Source: Mizuhopecten yessoensis
Lineage: Eukaryota
DNA: 64,000 nucleotides
Assembly (NCBI RefSeq): GCF_002113885.1
Contig: NW_018404676.1
Location: 879,740 to 943,739 of the forward strand
Direction: 5' to 3'
A program made the position numbers and the translations under genes. The notes beneath the pieces were generated by a model. The model ran no database searches. It had not been told where the DNA came from and worked only from the letters and a program-made list of their open reading frames with translations. Shown here piece by piece: positions 56,701 through 62,600 of the stretch. Each line of letters starts with the position of its first letter. Within the stretch, counting starts at the first letter, position 1.

Positions 56701-59632
56701 AGCATTCTGAGGGTCGGGCACGCAGCACGTCTCCCCTCGCACCTCATAGGGAATCTCAGGAGTTCAAAGAGGAGGACCTGGCTAGGGTACGACAGATGGC
56801 TGATCGGGGCGACTCCCCTCGTGTACCTGGTATCTCCATGGAAGTGTCAGAGGCTGAGCCCACACACCAGGAGGACAGTCCCAGGGAGGAGTTTACTGAC
56901 TACCAGACACCTCAAAATGACAGGACAGCCAGTAGATTGAGTGATCCTTCTTCTGGTTAGTTTCCCTGATTAATTTCTACCTCACATTTATCCATACACA
57001 TACTTAATTTACCTATGAATAATACTTCAATGTATTCCCTGCAGTCAAAAGTTAGTTGGGATTCCAGAACTAGGATGGTAACTGTTTCTATTTTGATCTA
57101 CACTTCAGTCTTCAAAAAAATACAGCCAATGAAGTTTACTGCTGTTAAAGATCCATAGAGCTATTGAAGTTTTGTAGTTGTTCATTTGTAGATCTATTAA
57201 ACAAATTTCTATTGAAGTCATAAACTATAGATCTATAAGCTGCAACAAGGTTGGATTTAACAAGGTTTTGGTGTACTTATATCTTTTACCTGCAATAATG
57301 TATGAATTATGTACCAACTTGAAACTCGCCTTATGTCTCCATTTTCTTCAATGCATTTGTAGACAAATAAATAAATAAATCTTTTCTCATAATTGTGGCC
57401 ATTAACTAATATGCAAAGTGTTTTTCTGTATCAGATCAAGCAGAGGAGGAAGCAGCATCGCCTCAAGGAATGTCGATCTCGGATCAGCCACCGGTAGTCA
57501 TGGCAACCTCTCACCAGTCACCGGTAGTCATGACAACCTCTCACCAGTCACCGGTAGTCATGACAACCTCTCACCAGTCACCGGTAGTCATGACAACCTC
57601 TCACCAGTCACCGGTAGTCATGACAACCTCTCACCAGTCACCGGTAGTCATGACAACCTCTCACCAGTCACCGGTAGTCATGACAACCTCTCACCAGTCA
57701 CCGGTAGTCATGACAACCTCTCACCAGTCACCTGTAGCCATGGCAACCTCTCACCAGTCACCTGTAGTCATGGCAACATCTGACCAGTCACCTGTAGTCA
57801 TGGCAACATCTGACCAGTCACCAGTAGTCACACCTCGCAGTTACAATGGAAGTGATGAACTCAACGGAGATGGCCAGGGTATGTACAATTCAAATTTCAT
57901 CAAGTGTAAAACAGTTCTTTAATTACCAAAATTGATGCATTAGGCTCGTGTCTTACCAAAGATAGGTGCTTATATATATAGATAATAGATTCACTATAAG
58001 TGGAGTTAAGATAATTAACTTATCTGAAAGACACAAGAGATACACATATGGTTGCTGTCATTTTTGTTTGTTCATGATCAGAGCAGATCTTATGTAAATG
58101 TTTGACTATCTGCAAGCATGTCTTCATCATCCTTGTTTATCAAGAGCTTATTTGGTTTGTAGACCTTCCTGGGTCTGTAAAACTGATTTGGTTTGTAGAC
58201 CTTCCTGGGTCTGTAAAACTGATTTGGTTTATAAACTGTACTAGGGGCTGTAGTCACGAAACCGTTCTCATGCTTAAACTCAGATTCTGTGCTCAAGCTC
58301 TTTTACTTGTTTTGTCGATAGATTAATATAAAAAAAAAATGATCAGTAATTTTTTGGAAGAAGTTAAGAAATCCAAACATCATTTTCAAAGGTTACGATC
58401 GACTTTATCCTCAGGTCACATGATTTAAGTGAGTTACAAAAAAGCTGGTTTTAGTACAGAATCCATGCTTGAGCAGGATATGGACTTTACATGAATATGG
58501 GTCCAGGTCTTGTCTTGATAGAATTCTGATTATATTCTTTTTTTTATTGCAGACCATCAACCAGTACAACATGGGAGTCCAAGAGTAAGTTTGGACTTTA
58601 ATTCTTTGGTAAAGGTTAATTAAGAAAGGACAAATGTTAAAATTCTGTGGTATTTTCATAACCCCATTTCATATTTTCTCTACCCTTTCTTTGTGAAAGT
58701 CATCGAAAATAAAGTTATTAGGTTTTCATTCAAGTGACTTATTGTAATTGCCTTTAGCTTGTTGTCATATGCTTCTGTAAACAGACATATTTTCTCCTCA
58801 GATTTTCCTCAGAAAGTTAGTCTGTCAGGTTTTGATCATCTGTCTGTGTTTAAAGTACCACAATCTACACTCTGGAGGGTTACCTGGTAACCTCCCTAGG
58901 AACCTCCCCTAGGGAGCTTAGGGCAGAGCCTTAAGGTGTCACAGACTGTAAAGCTTTACAAAGACATCTCTTCTTTTTAATAAATGATCTTGACGATGAG
59001 GGTCATATGTTGTAACTCTAGAAGGGACTGACCCCGATGAAGGGTCGGGTAGAGCAAATTACCTTCATAAAACTTTCATCATTTAGGCTAAACTTTCATT
59101 AAGTGATTCCGCTCTTAAATGATAAAATTAAGATATCATACCCAAGAGGGCTTACCCCAAGGGGAAGGGGAGCAGGGTCATTTAGGGGTCATGTAGACAG
59201 TGTGAATCATTCAATAGATCCATAGATGATAAGGATCATAATTTAGTCTCCCAGAGCAACCTGACCTCCTGAGGAAGCCGAGGTCAAGAAGTGCAAAATC
59301 TTTAAATGACATTCTATAAGTTACTAGTGGATTAAGACAAAACTTTTAAGACATTATTCTTAGTTGATAAGGATTAAAAAAGGCTGACACCATACAATAA
59401 TTATCTCCCTTTACAGGCAAGGCCCCGTCCAGCCCCTCGAGGAGACCGACCCATGTCAGATCATCTTGGGACTGAGGAGGCTGACCATGGGGACGAGGAT
59501 AAGAAGGGGAAGAGGCGAAGTGTGTTTGGTTTCCTCAAGAAGAAGAAGGATAAAGACCACGAAGAACACAAAGAGCACAAAGAGCACAAAGAACACAAAA
59601 AACACAAGAAGGACAAAAAATCTGATACGTAG
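5735..59632 (+). CDS. SPTBN5: Beta-heavy spectrin (spectrin beta chain non-erythrocytic 5 / karst-like), 5'-partial, 59 exons in window, about 3118 aa
   Basis: Manual splicing: all 58 introns are GT-AG and the phases chain without a frameshift. The translation shows about 23 consecutive ~106-aa spectrin repeats (W..EK, DLG.D, LKKHQAFEAE motifs), more than the 17 of conventional beta-spectrin, followed by a PH domain. The N-terminal CH domains and first repeats lie upstream of the window. Confidence 0.92.
6219..6300 (+). CDS. SPTBN5: spectrin exon (VRASYPDERDYV...MWDNLK)
   Basis: ctacag|...|gtacag, phase 2-0. Confidence 0.88.
6360..6900. repeat. 38-bp minisatellite (tttacctgtaactctgaccttggtcgctaaggtaaaca), about 13 copies
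   Basis: Visible tandem units. Confidence 0.92.
6990..7067 (+). CDS. SPTBN5: spectrin exon (KKADSKKNKL...FNEDANDL)
   Basis: ttacag|...|gtaagt, phase 0-0. Confidence 0.88.
7176..7303 (+). CDS. SPTBN5: spectrin exon (MAWSSTMK...DIEAHKP)
   Basis: taatag|...|gtaggt, phase 0-2. Confidence 0.88.
7856..8015 (+). CDS. SPTBN5: spectrin exon (FEQVKAL...QDAYDLQ)
   Basis: ctgcag|...|gtgagt, phase 2-0. Confidence 0.9.
8227..8304 (+). CDS. SPTBN5: spectrin exon (AFNKDAD...FADLG)
   Basis: ctacag|...|gtaagc, phase 0-0. Confidence 0.9.
8638..8777 (+). CDS. SPTBN5: spectrin exon (STVDGVESLFKRHEDFE...HPDKD)
   Basis: tttcag|...|gtaagt, phase 0-2. Confidence 0.9.
9049..9172 (+). CDS. SPTBN5: spectrin exon (IDSRRNQAL...FKRDAAE)
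   Basis: ttttag|...|gtgagt, phase 2-0. Confidence 0.9.
9658..9804 (+). CDS. SPTBN5: spectrin exon (LSSWMKEK...KKHQAFEAELKAN...LNE)
   Basis: gaatag|...|gtgggt, phase 0-0. Confidence 0.9.
9930..10060 (-). mobile_element. tRNA-derived SINE head, degenerate
   Basis: Minus strand reads ggtagctcaacttgtagagcg (A-box-like) ... ggattcaaaccc (B-box-like); no intact cloverleaf. Confidence 0.55.
10329..10502 (+). CDS. SPTBN5: spectrin exon (QGNVMIQEDH...ALADAQ)
   Basis: cttcag|...|gtaggt, phase 0-0. Confidence 0.9.
10993..11213 (+). CDS. SPTBN5: spectrin exon (GKLDEMEK...VFNT)
   Basis: gtgaag|...|gtgagt, phase 0-2. Confidence 0.88.
11750..11934. mobile_element. Tc1/mariner-pogo-type MITE
   Basis: ta-ccgtattt ... 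aaatacgg-ta inverted ends and internal gggcttatt repeats; a degenerate relative lies at about 10733-10905. Confidence 0.65.
11964..12150 (+). CDS. SPTBN5: spectrin exon (FERLKPEV...NLHKKHQ)
   Basis: tttcag|...|gtactt, phase 2-0; 187 nt, same length as the paralogous exon 35238-35424. Confidence 0.88.
12133..12612 (+). repeat. 33-bp tandem array made of an exon end plus its 5' splice site, 14 units
   Basis: Unit ctacacaaaaaacaccag|gtacttgttaggcct; the first copy is the real junction. Confidence 0.95.
12953..13153 (+). CDS. SPTBN5: spectrin exon (KLDLEILGHHP...VQIQR)
   Basis: ttgtag|...|gtcagt, phase 0-0. Confidence 0.88.
13346..13462 (+). CDS. SPTBN5: spectrin exon (YLSEVAEVENWINDK...LTKNK)
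   Basis: acacag|...|gtaggg, phase 0-0. Confidence 0.9.
13776..13889 (+). CDS. SPTBN5: spectrin exon (VLETDIQTYQG...LRKAQ)
   Basis: cgacag|...|gtctgt, phase 0-0. Confidence 0.85.
14946..15183 (+). mobile_element. tRNA-derived SINE with V-SINE-like central domain
   Basis: gtggtgcagtgg A-box-like and ggtttgattccc B-box-like motifs, ttccgggtactcccgtttccaccca central motif, aaataaataaa tail. Confidence 0.6.
15305..15458. repeat. ~48-bp tandem repeat, 3 copies
   Basis: cacttgggataatgttcagtttatttgtgatttgactgtttctgtagg. Confidence 0.9.
15837..16019 (+). CDS. SPTBN5: spectrin exon (DNLQDFLNKL...YGQDYEYLV)
   Basis: ttttag|...|gtaagt, phase 0-0. Confidence 0.9.
16266..16411 (+). CDS. SPTBN5: spectrin exon (ILRNRFDEFK...EERQDQL)
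   Basis: tttcag|...|gtgaga, phase 0-2. Confidence 0.88.
16372..17375 (+). repeat. 74-bp tandem array spanning an exon end and 5' splice site, 14 donor copies
   Basis: ctcag|gt at 16411, 16485, 16559, 16609, 16683 ... 17349. Confidence 0.95.
17410..17750 (+). repeat. 41-bp array related to the preceding 74-bp unit
   Basis: ctcgagagacaggactagcacaggtgggaacacacctatag. Confidence 0.9.
17904..18018 (+). CDS. SPTBN5: spectrin exon (ESWNNLLEQ...ALTRIQ)
   Basis: ttgcag|...|gtacca, phase 2-0. Confidence 0.9.
18493..18603 (+). CDS. SPTBN5: spectrin exon (EKYSSIPDELGRD...ALEAQ)
   Basis: tattag|...|gttagt, phase 0-0. Confidence 0.9.
18806..18985 (+). CDS. SPTBN5: spectrin exon (LQVLIEDS...HRFSAD)
   Basis: caacag|...|gtaagt, phase 0-0. 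Confidence 0.88.
19183..19273. mobile_element. tiny MITE-like inverted repeat
   Basis: cattcacccctgaa ... ttcaagggtgaatg. Confidence 0.5.
19462..19665 (+). CDS. SPTBN5: spectrin exon (VRDLMSWAN...HYAKDE)
   Basis: atgtag|...|gtatgt, phase 0-0. Confidence 0.9.
19887..20036 (+). CDS. SPTBN5: spectrin exon (IETKVQQV...ISSSQE)
   Basis: tgatag|...|gtaggt, phase 0-0. Confidence 0.88.
20431..20535 (+). CDS. SPTBN5: spectrin exon (AYLSSTDFG...VQEDK)
   Basis: ttgcag|...|gtaagc, phase 0-0. Confidence 0.9.
20572..20880. repeat. 30-bp minisatellite (gactagacccctactccaatgtattggaaa)
   Basis: Visible tandem units with decaying edges. Confidence 0.9.
21140..21234 (+). CDS. SPTBN5: spectrin exon (LEALKDHG...DDVTA)
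   Basis: taacag|...|gtaaag, phase 0-2. Confidence 0.88.
21571..21661 (+). CDS. SPTBN5: spectrin exon (RAGIKDQS...FNRDVHE)
   Basis: ctatag|...|gtaagg, phase 2-0. Confidence 0.9.
22257..22412 (+). CDS. SPTBN5: spectrin exon (FEGWVDDKL...EKINE)
   Basis: ttacag|...|gtaagt, phase 0-0. Confidence 0.9.
22466..22644. mobile_element. MITE with ~20-bp TIRs and TA ends
   Basis: tactatgtaacatgaaatgt ... acatttcatgttacacagta; related copy at about 51305-51512. Confidence 0.65.
22941..23132 (+). CDS. SPTBN5: spectrin exon (KGNELVRRKH...TWIRDK)
   Basis: tttcag|...|gtcaat, phase 0-0. Confidence 0.88.
23388..23542. repeat. ~150-bp imperfect palindrome with hammerhead/Penelope-like core in each arm
   Basis: ataaccaacttaaaac...cacccttc...caggt versus acctg...gaagggt...gttttaagttggttgttat. 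Confidence 0.6.
23616..23702 (+). CDS. SPTBN5: spectrin exon (EALVNAGDLGRDYEH...LESA)
   Basis: gtacag|...|gtaagt, phase 0-0. Confidence 0.9.
24050..25325. repeat. 31-bp minisatellite (tattcctgtatgatctaaattacaggtgaaa), about 40 copies
   Basis: Visible tandem units. Confidence 0.95.
25855..26070. mobile_element. MITE
   Basis: tgtgaaagtggaaatgttcacg ... cacgaatatttccacttttacga inverted ends. Confidence 0.55.
26211..26222 (+). CDS. SPTBN5: candidate 12-nt alternative microexon (DANG)
   Basis: cactaac branch-like motif, then tacccttgtattacag|GATGCCAATGGT|gtaagc; phase 0-0 matches the flanking exons. Confidence 0.55.
27050..27568. repeat. 26-bp minisatellite (gagtgtatagatttatgttactacag), about 20 copies
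   Basis: Visible tandem units. Confidence 0.95.
28548..28666 (+). CDS. SPTBN5: spectrin exon (GITVDDSRIKAIN...DEMNQ)
   Basis: tgacag|...|gtaagt, phase 0-2. Confidence 0.88.
29143..29371 (+). CDS. SPTBN5: spectrin exon (WKGIQGDL...LQTQLE)
   Basis: tgctag|...|gttcat, phase 2-0. Confidence 0.88.
29637..29758 (+). CDS. SPTBN5: spectrin exon (RIELQCRQL...DLSDL)
   Basis: aaacag|...|gtacgc, phase 0-2. Confidence 0.88.
30015..30075 (+). CDS. SPTBN5: spectrin exon (KSRLVESYKLQKFLADAREL)
   Basis: tttcag|...|gtaagt, phase 2-0. Confidence 0.9.
30422..30523 (+). CDS. SPTBN5: spectrin exon (ITWSGDM...MHHERK)
   Basis: ttacag|...|gtaggc, phase 0-0. Confidence 0.9.
30736..30924 (+). CDS. SPTBN5: spectrin exon (AEIDGRKPHF...QCHDLQ)
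   Basis: gcccag|...|gtaagg, phase 0-0. Confidence 0.9.
31558..31635 (+). CDS. SPTBN5: spectrin exon (VFNDTAEQTESW...NDDLG)
   Basis: ttacag|...|gtaaga, phase 0-0. Confidence 0.9.
32053..32316 (+). CDS. SPTBN5: spectrin exon (NTLYSVEALIKKH...FLRNLYE)
   Basis: ttacag|...|gtaagc, phase 0-0. Confidence 0.9.
32427..32508. mobile_element. 82-bp piggyBac-type MITE
   Basis: TTAA-cccttt ... aaaggg-TTAA. Confidence 0.6.
32847..32993 (+). CDS. SPTBN5: spectrin exon (VSNWINEKL...DAVVE)
   Basis: ctttag|...|gtatga, phase 0-0. Confidence 0.9.
33602..33739 (+). CDS. SPTBN5: spectrin exon (EGNGLAKQDHY...QDAYQ)
   Basis: caacag|...|gtatat, phase 0-0. Confidence 0.88.
34125..34250 (+). CDS. SPTBN5: spectrin exon (ALMFNRVVDD...LLKKHQ)
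   Basis: ttgtag|...|gtcagt, phase 0-0. Confidence 0.9.
34811..34941 (+). CDS. SPTBN5: spectrin exon (MLEQDIQIH...KETTD)
   Basis: ttacag|...|gtatgt, phase 0-2. Confidence 0.9.
35238..35424 (+). CDS. SPTBN5: spectrin exon (YKSLTEPC...LMKKHQ)
   Basis: tgacag|...|gtgagt, phase 2-0. Confidence 0.9.
35576..35776 (+). CDS. SPTBN5: spectrin exon (ALEAEIIAHEP...LESQK)
   Basis: tttcag|...|gtaggg, phase 0-0. Confidence 0.9.
36023..36118 (+). CDS. SPTBN5: spectrin exon (FYAEIAEANSW...DEDTVL)
   Basis: tgacag|...|gtaagt, phase 0-0. Confidence 0.9.
36513..36647 (+). CDS. SPTBN5: spectrin exon (AYTKKLDAL...VKKQQ)
   Basis: cactag|...|gtatgg, phase 0-0. Confidence 0.9.
37348..37530 (+). CDS. SPTBN5: spectrin exon (ASVESKHSHL...GQDLEHVE)
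   Basis: ctgtag|...|gttagt, phase 0-0. Confidence 0.9.
38115..38306 (+). CDS. SPTBN5: spectrin exon (MLQQKFEDF...KARQD)
   Basis: ctacag|...|gtaagt, phase 0-0. Confidence 0.9.
38315..39221. repeat. 53-bp minisatellite (taacctgatccccgagatacaaaacctaccctatactgtagtacttctggcta), about 17 copies
   Basis: Visible tandem units starting about 10 nt after a donor site. Confidence 0.95.
39406..39561 (+). CDS. SPTBN5: spectrin exon (ALAAAKQVH...RHEGLE)
   Basis: tcacag|...|gtaagg, phase 0-0. Confidence 0.9.
40076..40293 (+). CDS. SPTBN5: spectrin exon (RDLAAISEQV...DYREL)
   Basis: gtacag|...|gttagt, phase 0-2. Confidence 0.9.
40655..40844 (+). CDS. SPTBN5: spectrin exon (AWINEMIAII...HFLSDE)
   Basis: ttacag|...|gtgtgt, phase 2-0. 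Confidence 0.9.
40987..41085 (+). CDS. SPTBN5: spectrin exon (IQEKVKDL...NLEAQ)
   Basis: ttccag|...|gtttgt, phase 0-0. Confidence 0.88.
41391..41573 (+). CDS. SPTBN5: spectrin exon, last partial repeat (QLKHEMEQLEAW...CRRTQ)
   Basis: taccag|...|gtgagg, phase 0-0; two-helix partial repeat typical of the beta-spectrin C-terminal association region. Confidence 0.9.
41815..42172 (+). repeat. 72/81-bp tandem array spanning a 3' splice site and exon start, 5 acceptor copies
   Basis: catctgtccattgacag|ttagaacaggctgtcctagacaagaa with AG ending at 41839, 41911, 41983, 42064 and 42145. Confidence 0.93.
42146..42259 (+). CDS. SPTBN5: exon, charged helix (LEQAVLDKKH...DRIME)
   Basis: Last of five tandem acceptor copies and the only one that reads through without a stop; donor gtacgt; phase 0-0. 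Confidence 0.85.
42383..42850. repeat. ~55-bp minisatellite with embedded (tgtc)n
   Basis: tgtagcccctggttaattgtctgtggtaacacctggtattttgtctgtctgtc. Confidence 0.92.
43700..43711 (+). CDS. SPTBN5: candidate 12-nt alternative microexon (TVQS)
   Basis: tttgacctgttttattttttgcag|ACTGTGCAGAGT|gtatgt; phase 0-0 matches the flanking exons. Confidence 0.55.
45196..45290 (+). CDS. SPTBN5: exon (ERKREEEQRK...SSDEDD)
   Basis: tcacag|...|gtaagt, phase 0-2. Confidence 0.85.
45431..47740 (+). mobile_element. Helentron-associated non-autonomous element (HINE-like), interrupted by a nested DNA transposon
   Basis: 5' aggtcacctgagac...gtctcaagtgacct inverted repeat, gtcc repeats, 3' caggtgacc plus hairpin aggccc-at-gggcct then cttgtt; same architecture as 3888-5290. 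Confidence 0.75.
45696..46955 (+). mobile_element. non-autonomous piggyBac-like DNA transposon, 1260 bp, ATAT target duplication
   Basis: 19-bp perfect TIR ccctttgccacatgcaagc / gcttgcatgtggcaaaggg with ATAT on both sides; the empty site is seen in the sister repeat at about 47271-47300. Confidence 0.8.
47882..48471 (+). CDS. SPTBN5: exon, linker and N-terminal half of PH domain (VEGILERKQELQTGGKKATIRSWK...)
   Basis: ttacag|...|gtaaga, phase 2-1; beta-spectrin-type PH signature GKKA..RSW. Confidence 0.92.
49295..49483 (+). CDS. SPTBN5: exon, C-terminal half of PH domain (DYHKKKNVFRLRLKDGAEFLLEA...MNDW)
   Basis: tttcag|...|gtaaca, phase 1-1. Confidence 0.92.
50005..50380. repeat. 22-bp minisatellite (gggtcttcatacaggtagggaa), about 17 copies
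   Basis: Visible tandem units. Confidence 0.95.
50909..50989 (+). CDS. SPTBN5: candidate cassette exon, 81 nt (AQLPMHTESEFIHNSDQADDCYDGHIG)
   Basis: ttccttttgtttatggccattgtag|...|gtgact, phase 1-1, open, coding-like composition inside an AT-rich intron. Confidence 0.55.
53299..53349 (+). CDS. SPTBN5: candidate cassette exon, 51 nt (GAEDETLEDSELREIFT)
   Basis: gattttatacctag|...cag|gtatca, phase 1-1, open, purine-rich; TGCATG at 53578 and 53782. Confidence 0.55.
54315..54570. repeat. 19/38-bp degenerate minisatellite (tcaaggtcatcagtaatggtcaatatcatcggtaaaag)
   Basis: Visible tandem units. Confidence 0.85.
55232..55770. repeat. ~150-bp tandem repeat, about 3.5 copies
   Basis: ctgtttgactctctcc...cacagtgtccctacacaccctcaatgaagagacatgtcacaccagagaggtgtggccccctcaatacactc repeated. 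Confidence 0.9.
56656..56955 (+). CDS. SPTBN5: exon, disordered tail (AAQVSEDVV...SDPSS)
   Basis: ttttag|...|gttagt, phase 1-1, 300 nt open. Confidence 0.8.
57435..57878 (+). CDS. SPTBN5: exon containing a coding 30-bp minisatellite (DQAEEEAASPQ...(SHQSPVVMTT)n...GDGQ)
   Basis: tatcag|...|gtatgt, phase 1-1, 444 nt open. Confidence 0.75.
57476..57832 (+). repeat. 30-bp coding minisatellite, about 12 copies
   Basis: tcaccagtcaccggtagtcatgacaacctc. Confidence 0.95.
58553..58584 (+). CDS. SPTBN5: 32-nt exon (DHQPVQHGSPR)
   Basis: ttctttttttttattgcag-type acceptor|...|gtaagt; phase 1-0, exactly what is needed to enter the final exon in the conserved frame. Confidence 0.8.
59417..59632 (+). CDS. 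SPTBN5: terminal coding exon (ARPRPAP...KKGKRRSVFGFLKKKKDKDHEEHKEHKEHKEHKKHKKDKKSDT*)
   Basis: ctccctttacag| acceptor, phase 0, stop TAG at 59630-59632; the basic-Phe motif resembles beta-spectrin C-termini. Confidence 0.82.
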   Translation, partial: ARPRPAPRGDRPMSDHLGTEEADHGDEDKKGKRRSVFGFLKKKKDKDHEEHKEHKEHKEHKKHKKDKKSDT

Positions 59633-62600
59633 TCTTCACACCGAATCACAAGGCTAAGATATACATAGGAAAGGATGAGGTGTTTCCTAGCAAAGGACAG
59701 CTACAGGGTCAAAATGTCCAGCACATTGTGACAAGTTGTCTAAATGCCTGAAACAAAACTGGAACATCACAAAGATATGACAATAAATGACTGAGTACTA
59801 CAGAGTTACAACCTATAACACAAATATAGTATGAAAGTTGCAAGATACTCTACGGGTTGATGATTAAAGGTAGAAAATCCTGTATTGTTACAAGGTAGAT
59901 AGAACAAGTGATAAAGGTGTGAGAGAAACCGACTCAGGTGTGACAAGGTGAGAACGCACCTTCATTGCTTTTTATCCCCAAGGTAACATTTGTGTTCAAT
60001 AGATTAGGTTTTCTTAAATATTTAGCTGAAGGGTTAAAGACCATTTGGTCAAGAGTTTTTCATCTCAGCTGATTTTATGACAGATATTATGCATTTGTTC
60101 ATAAAATCAACTTTTAAGACTATATATATGATTTAGATAGTTTAAGCAATTAATACCTAAATATTCTCTCATATTGTTAAAGGTGTAGAAGTTTCATAGT
60201 GCTTGTTGTTTTGTCCCTTACAAATGAATGTGTCTGCAGCTTTGAGTGTCAGTAGTGGACAAGAGACAGTAGATACAGTAGTTTGGGTCAGACTCAGCAT
60301 CTTAGTTTTGAGTTTTCTATATACTCTATACATTATTAATGTATCAAAGGGATGAACAATAGTCTGGCTAACCATTCAGGCAGGTCAGTAGAGGTGACTC
60401 AGGTTGTGAGGGAAACAATTTAATTCCAGTACAAGAGCACTAATAAATATTGAATTGTGGATATAAAGGTTTGTTATATGAAGTTGTCTGTTATAATATA
60501 TTTGATATGTTATGAAATATCACACAATATGCTATGCATACCAATAAGAACTTTTCTGAAACATTACTATTGTATATTATTTTGTGTTTGCTAGAAGTAC
60601 TGCCAGTGGTGTCGTTGATAAAGAGAGCATACTCTCTGTCTGTGGTACCTTACTGGTGGGGTTGTATGGCACCTTCTCATTGGGACAATGTTGTACGATA
60701 CCAGTAGGATTTAGCCATGAGGGCTGTGGTGGACTGGTATGACTGGTATCAGGAACTGCTTATTAAAAGTTGGATATCTTACGAATAAAACAACACGTCA
60801 TGATATTCTGTGTTTGTCTTTAAAAATCCTGAATTCTATAAACAACTTTGGTATTTAATGTGGTTTAGAGATTGACCCCTGAGGACAAAATCCCAGAAAT
60901 ATTTTGATTTACACAAAAAGAAATTTACATCGAAAAATTGTGATCTCATTAACTAACAAGAGCAAGGTCCTTTGCCTGTTAACTGTTGCCAGATGTATTA
61001 CACACCGGAGGTTACTTGTATCATACAGCTTTACATTTATAAAGACTGCTGTTAGTTTTCTGATATTGAATGTAAAATTTACAACTCATTATTATTGCTT
61101 AATGTTGTCTATTACAAAGAATAAGAAAATAAATGACTATTTTTGATAAATTATTATGAACTGTATGCAACAAATCCATCCTTTCAATTCATATATGCTG
61201 TTTTTCATCACTATAATAAATTATGCATTTCATATTCATAATGGCAAACAAATAAATCTGTTAAGTTTTAATTCCTTTAAAATTTTAGGAACGAGTATAA
61301 GCAATATGAGTACTAACTGTGATTTTCAAAAACCAGATTTACTTTGCACACGTCTTAAGCCTTTATGGGACCAAGATACAATTTTACATACAGTGTATAT
61401 GTTCAAAACATTGATGGGACCAAGACAACTTTTCATAAATGGCTGAAACTTACTGGCATCAAGGAAACTTTTTGCACATGTCTTGAGACACTGTTGTAAA
61501 AAATATGTGTATTTTATTTATGCTGTATTGTTTCATAAAAATGTAAACACTTATTTATGAGAATGTAATGACACAAAAAGGTGACTTGGAGGTCATGTGT
61601 AGGTGTTATGTAAAAAAGGGATATGTGTTGCGACAAAGAATTGGGCATATGGAATGATAATTTTATCTAAACCAAAAATCTGAAGTGTTTTTTATCTTTA
61701 TATTGCATATAAGTATATGTCAATTAAATAGCTTTTTGTTTATTTCAATGAAATAGATGATTATAGAAACTAAAATAGATATACATCAAAGTACATGCAC
61801 TCCCATGACATGTTTACTATCTGGGAAGGGATGTAATGGACAATGTGCCTAATCCACAATAAAATTGATTTGAAATGAAATAATGTTCACTATACGAATG
61901 TGCAGAGGATATTGGGTTCAATAGACTACTAGTAGAAAATATGTTATTTCCAAGTTATTATGTCGTATATTTATGTCTTTATATTTACTTCATTGTGCTA
62001 CATCTGTCCTTTTATAAAGGCAATTACAGTCCAATCTTGTAGAATTGGATTTTTTTTAGAGGTCATGAATCGAGACAAGGTGGGAAGGTTAACAAAACAT
62101 TTCTTAAAGGTGCTACACCTTACTTAGACGAATTCTGATGTTGGGAGTACTTTTCTCTGTGTATAGGGATGCATGTTTTATATATAAATATATTTATACA
62201 TTGTGAATTGTCTCATGATAATTTTGTTCCAATGGGAACCTTGATATTACTGGATGTTGTTGGATAGTACATTAAGCCCAGGTTGTGAAATCCACTTATG
62301 ATACCGGTCAAGTTCTTACAAGTGGGAAGAAACCAGGCTCAACTTATATATTCTACAGGTCTCAAAGGATTGGTCTTTTATTCGATTAACTGATTTTTAT
62401 TTTTTTTTGATCTTCGACACTATTAGGAAAAAAAAGATTACTGGTAAATCAGATTTGAAATTTTGTTACTGGCATTTACATAAGACACATACGAGCTGAA
62501 ATCATACCTGTACAATTGTGATAGACAGAGGGGACCAAACATGGTGGGTGATACAAGGCTTGTCCTACAGTTGTTCTATCTTATAAGGTCACAGGTCACC

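Noticed and set aside
57418-57783. Alternative frame of the coding repeat, (SPVTGSHDNL)n
   Set aside because: Incompatible with the phase-1 upstream donor and ends in a stop before the exon's donor.
5735-59632. Assignment as alpha-spectrin or conventional beta-spectrin
   Set aside because: The C-terminal PH domain without EF-hands excludes alpha, and about 23 repeats in a partial gene exceeds the 17 of conventional beta.
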